DNA from: Callorhinchus milii | Lineage: Eukaryota | NCBI RefSeq assembly: GCF_018977255.1 | Contig: NW_024704743.1 | Span: forward strand, 96,660,001 to 96,724,000 | DNA length: 64,000 nucleotides | Direction: 5' to 3' | Part shown: piece after piece, positions 51,908-64,000 of the stretch | Layout of the letters: each line of letters opens with the position of its first letter | Numbering within the stretch: the stretch's first letter is position 1 | Program-made: the position numbers and the translations under genes | The notes under the pieces: model-generated | What the model saw: only the letters and a program-made list of their open reading frames with translations | The model's database searches: none | Told to the model about the DNA's origin: nothing

Positions 51908-53114
51908 AAATAGATTGGATACTCTTAAGCATGGTAATGGGTTTCCACATGTGCCAGCCACCCAGCTGACCCCCAAACATTCTCCAATCTGCCTATGTTG
52001 TTTGAGCTTAAAGCTTCCAAAAAAAACATTAATTTTCATTTCTTTTGTGCATCTGCAGGAGAAAAAAAATGTGCAAGTTATCTGCAGGCTTTGGCAATAA
52101 TAGTTGAAAATTCTTCACCTGAAAATTATCCATTTCCTTCCGCCTCGAAATATCAATTATGTTGTGGTGGACACGTGACCTATGGACAGATGATTGCGTC
52201 CAGGTTCCTAAGTTCACTGACCGACTGTGAAATAGTTTGATCCAAAAGCTCTGCTTGCCTGGGTTACAATCCCCAACAAACTCTACTTAAACTTGACCTC
52301 AAACAAGGATACACGTGTGGGGCTGAGCCAACATCCAAATCACTGAACCACCAAAGGAAACTCTGTCCTTTGGATCTCATTATCTTTATAAGCTAAGATG
52401 TAACAGAATCGATAATCTCTCAGATCTCTGAAGTTTGATAGTTTTACAAGAATTTGCTGTTTGCATGATAAAACATCTGCAGCATTTTATAGCAATATGA
52501 AACCTCTTGTTTTACAGGATGACAGTGTATGGTATTGTATAACTAACATAATCAAAGAATAATTACTTCAAAGTTGTTTTCAACGTGGCATATTCAAAGT
52601 TCTTGCACCCCTCTTTAGATGTCGATACTCTAAAGTAATAGGTTGTCAGCTGTAAAGATAGATTTGTGGTCGAGAAGAGGTCTTCTAAAAATCTGCATGG
52701 TTCCTTTAGTTCTTTTGAGCTTGTCTTCTCCCATTGTGTTTAACTACCCCAATATGAGACATTTTTACTATAGGCATTAAAAGTGGTTTGAGATTGTTGT
52801 TATTATCTGTTATAAAAAGATCCAACCATCTCACTACAAAAGGAAAACTTATCTAACAGTGTTCCTCAGAGTGAAAACCATAGTAACAATGCTAACTTTC
52901 ACCAGCTGCAATAATTCGCTGTGACTATAATGGTCGGAAAAGCATTTTAGAATCTTACTTTGACTATAAATGAGAGTAATAATAACAGAAAAAAACATGA
53001 CAACCGTAGGCAACCTATCTAGATCAGCTATATTGTTGAGCAAAATTAGAGGTTATATATACCCTAGCACATCACTGGAAATAATAATCTTTTTGTATAT
53101 AGTATACCTGCATC

Positions 53115-53415
53115 AAATGGAATAATGCAGTGTTGGGCGGTGGGGTGGGGGGAGATGACAGAAAGCATGGTCAAAGAGATGTCTTCAAGCAGATTTTGAA
53201 AGTGGGAAGGGAGGGGATGAGTCAAGATGGATTTCGATGGAGAGCAGAGGCAGAATGCCTGAAAGCTAGCCCGCTGATAATGAGATAAATAGGGTGAGTA
53301 GGACGGACATGAAGCAGGCCAGTGTTTGCTGAGTGAAGGGAACTGCTGGGTCAGTAGGGTTGCAGAAGGTTGCAGTGGTAGGGTGCGTGAAGGCCTCAAA
53401 GTGATTTGAATGTTC
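53115..53415 (-). mobile_element. Old L2 3' fragment
   Basis: Purine-rich L2 C-terminal remnant similar to 19930-20260. Confidence 0.65.
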
Positions 53416-55384
53416 CTGTTAACAAGAACCTGCCTAGTTCCTTTTTGAAACTCTTTATGTGTTTTGTACACCACCAGGGCTGGTAGATCATTCTACAGAT
53501 TTGATAACACATTGACTAAACCGTTAAACATCATATTTTTTATTGAATGCTTTAACAGATATCAAAACAGGCTTAAAGTGAAAGATGGAAATTTGCACAA
53601 GAAGAACTCTCATTGTACTGTGCTGTGTAAGATAGGCCTATCATCATTTGTTTTGATATGAAAGCTGAAAAAATATTGTAAAATCTACAATGCACCATAC
53701 AGCTGCCAAAAGGTGGCAACCAGAAATGATCACAAGTCCAAATGAAAACATGTCAAATAAATCTCTATTACCTAATTTGGCAATAGGTTCGGGAAATAAC
53801 TTGATTGACTGGTGCAAGACTTTTGCTTGTGCAGTACACACATTAAACGTTAAACTTCTCAAGTGTGCTGCTGTTTTAAGCAAGATTTAACAAGCAATTA
53901 ATAAGTTCCCACTAATTTACCTAACATTATATCATTTGGTCTGGTTGAAAGGTTTATTCTGTTGGGTTAATTCTACTTGAAAATAAGTTTCAGTGGAAAT
54001 CTAACATAGTAATAATACCACGAAGATCAATTATAAGATAAGGTAAATCAGTAAATCAGTGTGGACTTATTGCAGGCATGTTACATTTTATTTAATGTAG
54101 CAGATAGTCTGTAATAGCAACCAAGCTACTTTGAGATGATTTCAGATGATTTTAAAACTGAAAGGAGATGTACTTCTTGATTTACTACATCTTGAGATTT
54201 AGCAAATTTAGCGGCTCCGTCAGTGACTGTATATTATTCTTCACTTGTCAGTAAATTTGCCAACCTTAGCGGTGTGTGCTTCTACTGGAAAAATCACATT
54301 CTAGGTGTAAACCTCAAAGGTCATTACATTTCCTGACAACCAGAAAATAACCCCTAATGTCCAGATTGATACATCATTAAAGAAGGTTTTATTATGAAAA
54401 AAGTACCCAAATTTGCTATGAAAATGTAATTCTTCATCAAGGTTCAAGATTTGGGCCACATGTTAATTCTTTTTCCCTTTGGCATACTTAGTTGAAATGC
54501 ATTTTGAGTCTCTGTTTAACATAAATTGTGAGTGATTTATATTACAGCGTTCAGATGTTCTTCCAGATTCAGAAATGTTGTTGACTCTTTAACCACTTCT
54601 ACTGCTATCCTTTGCAGTTTATTGTGCCTAGGAACAAATCTGTACGTGTTGTAAATTTCCTAAGCAGCACTTCTAGCGCAAAATAAAAAGCAAGGGGTCT
54701 GAACTCAATGCCTCTTCCTGCTCTTTCTTCATTTGTGTGGATAGAAAACAAGTCATTTGCATAGGTCAAGCAGCTCACCTTCACTTGTGAAGGCAATTAT
54801 TTTCAATTATTACAAGTCAATTCTGATTGACGTCTTGTTTTTTTGGCCAGTTGGATCTCTAGTGTCTTAATGGAAAAATTTTAGGTTCAATCCTAATTTG
54901 GAAGCCAGTATTTTTTTAAGAAGTGCAGAGAAATAGCTTCCAGATCAAGGCTGAGCTTAAGGATTTTTTACAATTCTATGTGATCTTTCATTTTAAGACA
55001 AAATGGTCCTACAGGCCAAAATTGCCTGCCAGTCAGATCAATCAAAACATCCCATGCACTAATTTTCCAAAAGCTCCCTGGATAATCCCACAACAGTTTT
55101 CCAAATGATTTCAAATAATTTCCTGCACACTCTCATCTTGTAAACTTTCTCAATCCAATAACAACAACTTGCATTTATATTGTGCCCTTCACATGGGTAG
55201 CGTCTCAGAGCGCTTATAAAGCTTGGCCAGCTTATGCGTATGTCCATGGGGTAGAGGAGGTATTGGCCGATATGTGAATAGGCAAGACTTACAAATATAA
55301 AGGTCAAGATTACATACACTATAGTGTTGCTCATTTAATCTGTTAAATGCTATCAGTGTGGAATTAGACCAGTTGCTGTAGTTC

Positions 55385-56505
55385 TAATAATAACAACAAT
55401 CCTTGTATTTGCATTATCAAAATGCTTCAAAGCATTTAACATATTTGTTTCTGTATTGTGACTCATTTCGAGGTGTCTACAGAAATGCCTCAAAAACAGC
55501 TACAAAGTGAATTGGATGACCAATTTTATTTGGGGAATTGTTGGCCAGGACACTGGGAGAAACTCGCTTCTCTTTTTGAATAGTGCCACTGGATCTTTAA
55601 CGTCCACCTGAACAGACAGACTGCCAATTTAACCCAGTCTCATCTGAAGGGCGGCACCTTTGACAACGCACTGCTCTAGTGGGGGAGCCATCACCAACAA
55701 AGGTCAAATGATCTACTTCTTTGCTATAAACATTTTATGATTCCAGTATGCTCTGCTGGATATCTCATCACAACCACATCTGAAGTACATTCAAAGACTG
55801 TTGAAATAATCTTGAGTTTTCCTGTTTTAAATTTAGCACATTTCCAAATGAAACAGGAAACAGGTTTAACTATGGCAATAAACTATGAACATTTTTTAAT
55901 CTGTTTCAATTGCAGCACATAGCAGCTCTTCTTTTGATTATCATTCATACTTTTAGATTTATAATCTACTCCGATAGACGACAGTGAACATAATCCCTAT
56001 ACCAGTCTGTTCACCATGTCCTGACAATTATTTTTTGACCAGATCATTTGACCAAGCTACCAATACTTAGCAGTAAAGCAGTTAAGGATTTGACCATTAC
56101 ACATGCACACCTGAATGATTGGTAAATTTAATGACAAACAATAATAATCCTTTCATTTAATATAGCATTTAAAACATCTCAAAATGCTTCAAAGTGCATT
56201 TGTAGGCGAACACAGCAGCCAGTTTGTACCCAACAATATCCCATAAAGAGTCAATGAAGGGAATGATCAATTTAGATGGAGAATTGTTAATGAGACGACC
56301 AGGAGAAAATCCCTTTGATTTGCAAATAGTTTCTTTGACAGATACCTGAACAGGTAAGTGGGACATTGGTTTAACATTTCCTCTAAAGAGATAACACCTC
56401 AATACAATACAGTACTCCCATGATACTGCTCTGGAATGTCAGCCTGGACTGTGAGCTCAAAGTTCCCAATGTGAAGCTTGAACCCACAACCTTCTGACCA
56501 AGAAG
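55385..56505 (-). mobile_element. Two old Deu SINE copies (55385-55670 and 56140-56505)
   Basis: Tail and Deu core in both; head in the second. Confidence 0.78.
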
Positions 56506-56769
56506 TGATAACAGCTGAGTTATTTTAATCTTTGAAGAATGACTCGAAACATTTTGTCTGCTTTATTTTCAAGATCCAGTATAAATAAAAAATAGCGTTA
56601 TACAATTTTAACGTAATTAGCTCATCTGATGAAGGGACATGTGGCATATGCTTTCAATGGCAATATATGAGAGAATAGGTTTTATCTTGGCATTTTCTCC
56701 AAAGAACTCTATCTTTCTATATAATTGATAATACACATTTTAATTTGTAGTATTTCAAGATAGATTTAA

Positions 56770-57545
56770 CAACCACAATTTGCAATTAAATAGCAGCATT
56801 CACACACGGTAAAGTTTTAAAGTGCTTCACAAAGACATTGCCAAACACCGAGTAGAGATAGAAATAGTGGGAAGGAGGAAGAGAAGGGGAGTGAGTGCAA
56901 CATGGTCAAAGAAGTAGGTTATCAGGAGGCTTAATCGTTGGACAAGTGATGAGATAATAAGATTTTGAGAGGGATTTCTAGAGGATAGGGGCAAAGTGGC
57001 CGAAGGCTTGATCAATGATGGTAGGATAGAAGAGTCGAGCGCCACTTAACAAGTTAGAGTAGCCAAATGGAAAGGAGGGACTGCAAAAGGTCAAAGAGAT
57101 AGAATGTGGCTCAATTTTGAATGAGTTGGAACTTGTGGATAAGAGCACTAGGGAGGCTAGTGAAGAGAGCATTGGAGAAGTCCAGTCTGGAGGTGACAAG
57201 GACAAGGATTTCAGCGACATTGAATGTAAGATAGGATATAAATGGCGATTGACATGATGAAGACGATAAAGAAAAGTAGTCTTGGTCAGGGACTAGTTAT
57301 AGGGAACGAAGGAAGGAAGGCAGGAGAGCTCAAAGTCAAAGGGAACTCTAAGGTTGTACACAGGCTTAATGAGGTGGAGAGAACAGCCATGGTGGTTGAG
57401 GTAATCAGAGCCAGAGTTAAGGAGGCATTGCTGGGAGTCGAGTAGGATGGCTTCCATTCCGTCCACGTTGAGCTGAAGGAGGTTGTGGCTAATCCAGGAC
57501 TTGATGTCTAGCTGGCAAGTGATCAGAACGTCAGTGGATCTGGAA
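56770..57545 (-). mobile_element. Old L2 fragment
   Basis: DIKSWISHNLLQLNV...EAILL and YNLRVPFD.EL motifs, plus tail. Confidence 0.85.
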
Positions 57546-58484
57546 AAAAGGTTGGAAGCAGGGAGATAATTTATCAATCTTCTTAAAATTGAATATACTG
57601 AAGCATCAATATTTTAGATATTTGATCGCTACTCATTTTGTGTTGTGAAATTTATTGAACGATGCCACAAACCAGACCCTAATATTTATTCAACAGCATT
57701 AACAAGGGCAATAAATATATTAAAAAATCTTAATTCATTCATAGAGCTTATGACTTTTTCCTGAATTAGACATGTTAACTGTCTTTTAATATTTTCTATG
57801 TTTACGATCGTTTCCTTTTTCAATACTTTGCACAAAGAGATCGTTTTTATTGGATTTATGTAATTTAATTCTACATCTCCAAAACTGTGGAACATTTGCT
57901 TCCGCTGTCCTATCTGTGCTTCACCATCTTTGGCACCAACAACAGAGTTCTGCTTTGACTTTGAAGTGGTTCAATGGTGAACTGTGAATAAAACTGAATT
58001 ACTGGCCCACAACTTTTGGAAAGTCTAATATGTGCAGTGCAATATATTCTGTTCAGATGCCCTAAGACCATAATAAAATGTTTAGTTGTAGTGCCCCTTA
58101 TATCAAGGAAAGGACTCAGAAAGTAATGACCAGCAGAATTCATGGAGTATTACTATCGAAGATTAAGGCGTTCTTTTTAATAACGTCATCGCAGAATTGT
58201 TAAACTTTATCACTTTCCCAGCAAAGATAAATCAGAGGATGACCATGTCCTTGATACATCCCCAACGCATTTATATTGCAAGAGTTGATCAAGTGGTACA
58301 GTGCAGGGCTGTATGATGAGGTTGTCCATACATTTTGAAATATAAGAAGCCCAGCAATGAGAGTGACCATCAAGAGTAGTGGAATTAAGATTCATTAACT
58401 TGGGTCACTTTGAAAATGTTGCCACTATGTATGGAACCTTTCACCGCCAGATTCAATTTAAACTAGTTGACCAAAAATTTTGAT

Positions 58485-58876
58485 AAATAATAATTATAAT
58501 CCTTGCATTTGATACAGTGCCTTATCACATTGTCGAGACATCTCAAAGCGCTTCACAGGATATACAGTAAAGTGGTTTTGACTATGTAATACCCCTCAAA
58601 CAGCCATGGATTGAGTGACCAATTTTATTTGGGGAACGGTTGGCTAGAACACTGGGAGAAACTACTTTCTCTTTTTGAATAATGCCATGACGTCCACTTC
58701 AACAGAAAGACGGGTCCTCAGTTTGACATTTCATCTGGAGGACGGCATCTCCAATAATTCAACAAACCCCAGCACTGCATTGGAATGTCATCTTAGACTT
58801 TGTCCCAACATGGAGTTTGAACCTACAACTTTTTGACTCCAAGGAGAAAGCACTTCCACTGAGCCAGGCTAGGCTG
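58485..58876 (-). mobile_element. Old tRNA-Deu SINE, near full length
   Basis: Tail, Deu core and head CCTGGCTCAGTGG. Confidence 0.88.
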
Positions 58877-59694
58877 ACACATGACATTGAGACTCACTGA
58901 AACGGACAGAAAAAAGGTTCATATTCATCAATATTGTAATCATTTCAGAATTTTTAAAATATGGTTATTGGTTGTGAGAATTCCTGTTTCATTTCTTAAT
59001 AATTTAAGTAATCATTTTTTTAACAACAATTGGGACTAGAAAGGGATAAGATAGCAGATATTTTGAACACGAGGAAAATATGCTGTACGTGAGGCGATAA
59101 TTATCACCCATTATAATTATCACATCACATTTACACATATTTACCCCATTTTGCTTCCTGTAAAGTTCCATTCAAAATCTATTCACAGCTCCTTGACACA
59201 TGCTTTTGTGCTCAAGTTGAACTACGTTTTACTTTAGTATTTCCCTTGAGTAATGACAAAGAAGGAATAACTAACCCTATTGTTTTCTTTACTGTTCTTT
59301 AGCCTCTTTTCCCACAGGTATAATTATCTCAGTATAATGACAGACATTTAAGCTCTGTGTTTTTAAACAGATCCTTAATACAGTTTGACAAAGCTACACA
59401 ATATTTAAGACCATTGGTTGAACACAGAAATCATTTCTGATACATTTTGAGAGGTTCCTTTCTTCTAGCGCAGATTAAAAGAATAACTTTTCACCATTCA
59501 GCTAATAAGATAATCACCTATGTGTTATGCCAGCTCTGTCAACATCTCTCTCATCTACTTAGTTGGTTATTAGCCTACATGTGACTTTAAATCCAATGAA
59601 GCAGACTCCTCTCATGTTGATCCACATGTACAAAAGACTTTTAATTGAATTTATTTTCAATTTATTTAAAAGCAAGCTCACTGGTTCGTAACGA

Positions 59695-60210
59695 ATATAA
59701 TAAATATTGCATTTGATATAGTCCTGTCATTTAATTTTAATAATTTAAGTAATCAGCTATTTGTTGAACAAGAATTAGCACTCGAAAGGGGATAGCAGAT
59801 ATTTTGAACACATTAGGTAAATGTCAGGAAAATGTCTCAAAGCACTTCAAAAGACTCACTGCAAAGTTTAGTGACTGTGTATTTTGTAGGCAAATGAGGG
59901 AGACAATTTGCACACAGCAATGTCCCAAAAATAGCCATAAAGCAAATTAACCAATTTTAGCTAAGGATTATTGGCCAGGACACCGGGAGAAACTCCCTTC
60001 TCTTTTCGAGTTGTGCCATGGATCTTTGATGTCCACCTAAAAAGGCAGGCGGGGCTTCAGTTTAATGTCTAATGTGAAGGACAGCACCTCCCATAATGCA
60101 GCCCACCCCCAGTTCTGCCCTGGAGTATGTTAATTCAAAATCCTGATACAGGGCTTGAACCCACAACCTTCTGTCTCAGAGGCGTGAACGCTACCAATTG
60201 AGCCAGGCTG
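59695..60210 (-). mobile_element. Old tRNA-Deu SINE, full length, with about 100 bp of foreign insert near its tail
   Basis: Head CAGCCTGGCTCAATTGGTAGCG...AGAAGGTTGTGGGTTCAAGCCC and Deu core. Confidence 0.88.
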
Positions 60211-62424
60211 CTACAACCCAAAGAGGCGAACACCACAGGCTCATCAGAAAGCACCATGAAACAAACATGAAAACAAATAGGATCATAGATCATGGACGTC
60301 ACATATAATGAAGTCCAATTTCCTATGTTAAAATATTACATGCAGAACACATTGAAACCAGGTCTCTAAATTTAAATGGGGGTAAGTAGCTGTTTCCTTT
60401 CCAAGCTCTTGGGAGACTGTGAAATGCTTCAAACACATTAATTTTAAATCTTATTAAGATACGCCTGGAACATCCTTTTTATTTCATTTGTTTAGTCGAT
60501 ATTATGGAATGATTTAATTCAAGGGTGCAAACCCTTGATTGTCCAGTGCCTTGGGATGTCCTCCCGATGTGAAAGGAGAAATATAAATGCAAATTGTTGC
60601 TGTTTGTTCTTTTTTGTTGATTCGACAATGCGTTCGCTAATCATTTCTGTTTTGAGACATGGCATTTTCATCCTAATATATATTTGTCAGTTTCTTTATT
60701 CTATGCCAATCTTCAGCACTATTTACACTGAACCATTCCAAAACAACGGGAGGACATTCCTATGCTTCTGCCAAGGATACTTTGTAACTACGAATTGAAT
60801 GGTAGAAGCTTAGAGAAATTGTCTCCTCCAATCACAGTATGGGTGATATTGAGAATTCACTATTGGAGCCCCAGAATTCTGTGCCATTGCATAGAATAAT
60901 ACCAACACAGAATTTGACTTTTCATTCAAATGTGGATCTAAGTTGGAGAAGCCAAGGTACATCAGAGTTTCTTGGGTCCAAGCAGTCAGGTAGACTCTAT
61001 TATTCCTGGTCATTTAGATGATTATCTCAACCATGCCACAATGAACAGGGAGCAAGAGAAAGCCAAACACTTCTTCATAGAAAGAGAAGGAAAGCTGCAG
61101 ACTTAATATCCTGGGGCCATTCTCACACAGTGTCTAGAGGGCAGCAATAGAGCAGAATCAGTGGCAGCCTCAGAGTAGCTATCTTGTTTGTCCACTTGGC
61201 CAGGAAGGTGTGTAAAGGGAAAGGGAGGAGAGAGAGGAAGAACAATAAACCAGGAAGACATCTAGGCTAAGTTTGATTGATGTCAATACAAAGTACTGAA
61301 AAATGACAAAGTCAATAACTAACAAAGTTTTGGGATGTCAAACAGTGCAAAGATATTTTTTACTCTTTTATTGCAAATTAATCCAATTTTGTTTGTACTA
61401 CATCAACTAATACATAATTTATAGGCTTTGGCAATAGAGGAAAGCTTTTGTTCAAATTAGCATCAGAGCCAAAGAGATTTTAGCTCAAGAGCAAACTGCA
61501 TGTGACTGGTGACCTCTGTAGCCAAGGAACAATAATAATAATAATAATCCTTGCATTTGATATAGCGCTTTTCACGTCTGCTTCTTTTCATGTCTTAAAT
61601 ACAATAAGTAAGTATACAGAGTACACCGAACTGGAATCTGTTAGGTAAAGAGTTTGTATTCAAGTGATAAGAAAGTGTGCACTTACTACGTAACTGTGGG
61701 ATACTCTTTTACAACTTAAGTGAGTAACAATTATCAAGAGTGGTTTATGCTTGGAGTTTGATCCTTGTGAGAGAATGATTTTGGCAGCCTGACTTCAGCA
61801 CCAATCTACCAACAACCGTGCTTCTTAAACTTGATGTCGATGGTATTTTTTTCATGGTGTTAATTTTACACAAAATCAGGATCAAAAGTGCAATGCAAAC
61901 TAAACAATTGGCTGTCGCGTTTCGCCCACAAATATATGGTGAATTCACTTTACAGTCTATTCTGTGAAACGCTTTCAGACGTCGAGAAGACGTGAAAAGT
62001 GCTATATCAAATGCAAGGATTATTATTATTATTTTGTTAAATATAAGTTACTTTTGGTGACAATAAATGAAAATGTGCCATTCGTGAAGTTTAATTTCTT
62101 TATGATATCCTAAGGTGGAATAACAATAGAAAGTTATTCTGACCTGACACAACAAGGTAAATCAGACCTGAGCTTGAAAGTGTGATTCCTTAACAGTGTT
62201 AGAGCACTTTAAATAGTTTTCCATGGCAAAACCAGTGGTTGTAGTTACAGGAATGGTCAGAGGTGGCACCAAATGCCCAAATTAATCTGAACAAGGCAAT
62301 GTGGAAAAATTATAACAACTTCAAAATTGATTTCCAAAAGGATTTCCTAGCTATTTCTGAATTGATGAATAAAGGATTGCTGCATGGCCTGGATGATGAC
62401 TATTCAATGATAGACCAGGACCCT

Positions 62425-62720
62425 ATAATAATAATCCTTGCATTTGATATAGCGCTTTTCACGTCGGGAGGACGTCCCAAAGCGTTTCACAGAATACACT
62501 GTATATTTGTGGGCAAACGCGGCAGCCAATTGCGCACAGCAATGTCCCACAAACAGTCGTAGATTGAAAATGACCAATTTATTATTGCTTTTAGTTTTGG
62601 AGGGATTATTATTAGGTGTGTGGAGTAAGGAAACTTGCCCAAGGTTTCGCCCTGCCTGGAATTGAACTCAGGTCTCTCGCTTGCAAAGCGAGTGCTCTAA
62701 CCACTGAGCCACAGGACTCC
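62425..62720 (-). mobile_element. Full-length young short-form SINE with tRNA-Ala(UGC)-like head
   Basis: A-box TGGCTCAGTGG; anticodon arm CTCGC-TTTGCAA-GCGAG; B-box GAGTTCAATTCC; L2-type tail; ACCCT duplicated at 62420-62424 and 62721-62725. Confidence 0.93.
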
Positions 62721-62764
62721 ACCCTGAACTCATTAAAAAAAATTGATATTGTGATGGGAAGGCA

Positions 62765-63050
62765 ATACAACAACAACAACAACTTCACCTATATAGTGCC
62801 CTCCACGCCAGGGAGTGTCTCAGAGTGCTTAACAATGGTAGAGCCCAAGGTCGAGCCAGGGGAGGAGGGGGAAGGTGACTGTAGGCGTGGTTGAAGAGGA
62901 AGGTCTTCAGGCGCGACCTGAAGATGGGGAAGGAGGGCACGAGTCGAAGGGTTTGAGGGAGCTAGTTCCAAAGTTTCGGGGCATAGTGGCTGAAGGCATG
63001 GCCACTGATGGTGGAGTGGAGGATTCGGGGGATGGAGGAGGCCGGTGCCA
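62765..63050 (-). mobile_element. L2 3' fragment
   Basis: (TTG)n tail and LWN-coding remnant. Confidence 0.85.
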
Positions 63051-63479
63051 ATAGACTGGGTATTCTAAAATGATGAGATCAGAAGGGCCTCTTCATTCAA
63101 ACCTCTCCTGTGATCTTGTGAACTCTTGTCCAATTCCATGCCTAGTGTTGTAATGTAAACACTATATGTTTTCAACAATGTACTTTGAAGAGCTGGAGTT
63201 AGACCTTGATTTTTGGATGCCTGGTGGTAACTAGTGCTCTCTCCAGATTATGCAGACTATGCTCCTCATTGATATACTGAGTAAATTTGACATTGTTCTT
63301 TAGAAGTGATCCAAAAGAGGCCACAGTGGATTGCAAGTCCTCAGTAAGACACCAATTTATGTACAAACCATTTGACTTAACAATGGCAGTCATAGAGTCT
63401 GTGACTCTAATGAAGATGGATTTAAATAAACTTAAACATATACAAAATTGAAATATGTTGTGACTTTTGCACGTCTTTG

Positions 63480-64000
63480 GCCCCCTCATCCCCTTTGCTC
63501 CACCATCGGTAGCCGTGCCCTCAGCTACAGCCCCAAAACTTTAAAACTCTTTGCCTCAATCTCTTCACCTTGCCCCCTGCTTTGCCTATCTTCAGATTGT
63601 ACCTGAAGACCTTCCTCTTCAACTGTGCCTATGGTTAGCTCCTTTCTCTCCTTGGCTTGGAGTCAAGGTCATGGGAAGGAGTCTATATAAATGCAAATTG
63701 CCATTGTTACTTATTTAAAAAGAGAATGAATTTCTCCCCAATGTCCAGGCTAATAATCCAAACCAGACGAATTAATCAGTCACCTCATTGCTGTTTGAGG
63801 AACATTGCTTTCACAAATTAGCGACACTATACTTCAGGAGCACTTACCTGTGAAGCACTTTGATGCTATAGGCACTGTATCAAATACAAGGAATACTAGT
63901 TTAGGTGGGGGTTATAATAATCATAATCCTTGCATTTGATAGAGTGTTTTTCACTTCTAGACATGTCAAAGAACTTCACAGAATATACAGTAAAAAGAAT
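63480..64000. mobile_element. Cluster: L2 3' end (+), Deu SINE 3' part (+), SINE tail (-)
   Basis: Tail motifs at about 63680, 63880 and 63925. Confidence 0.7.

Noticed and set aside
62648..62720. tRNA-Ala gene
   Set aside because: The acceptor stem is poor and the sequence continues into a SINE body repeated many times.
63199..63489. Penelope RT-like NNVKFT...SL motif in the 96 aa ORF
   Set aside because: No YVDD or FLD motif; similarity is marginal.

Overview
This is AT-rich, repeat-dense vertebrate non-coding DNA (intergenic or deep intronic). The repeat set (tRNA-derived Deu-type SINEs with L2 tails, many L2 and CR1 LINE fragments) points to a cartilaginous fish, probably a holocephalan; this is inferred. 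No intact protein-coding gene, rRNA, true tRNA or CRISPR array is supported, and the longest ORFs in the track are LINE ORF2 fragments or their shadows. The most notable item is a frameshifted, apparently intronless 3' fragment of an ECM2-like (ECMX) leucine-rich-repeat gene at 31504-31803, fused in the same orientation to a 5'-truncated SINE, which suggests a template-switch retro-chimera. A second chimera of similar architecture (CR1 internal piece plus SINE) lies at 9886-10475. Other items are decayed PIF/Harbinger relics (transposase, Myb/SANT ORF, a TIR-bounded MITE holding nested SINEs and an L2), a ~290 bp fold-back, an unassigned retroposon family with 8 copies, and SINE subfamilies that differ by an internal deletion and by the loop of the L2-type tail. 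All family assignments are from recalled motifs and manual alignment; no database was searched.
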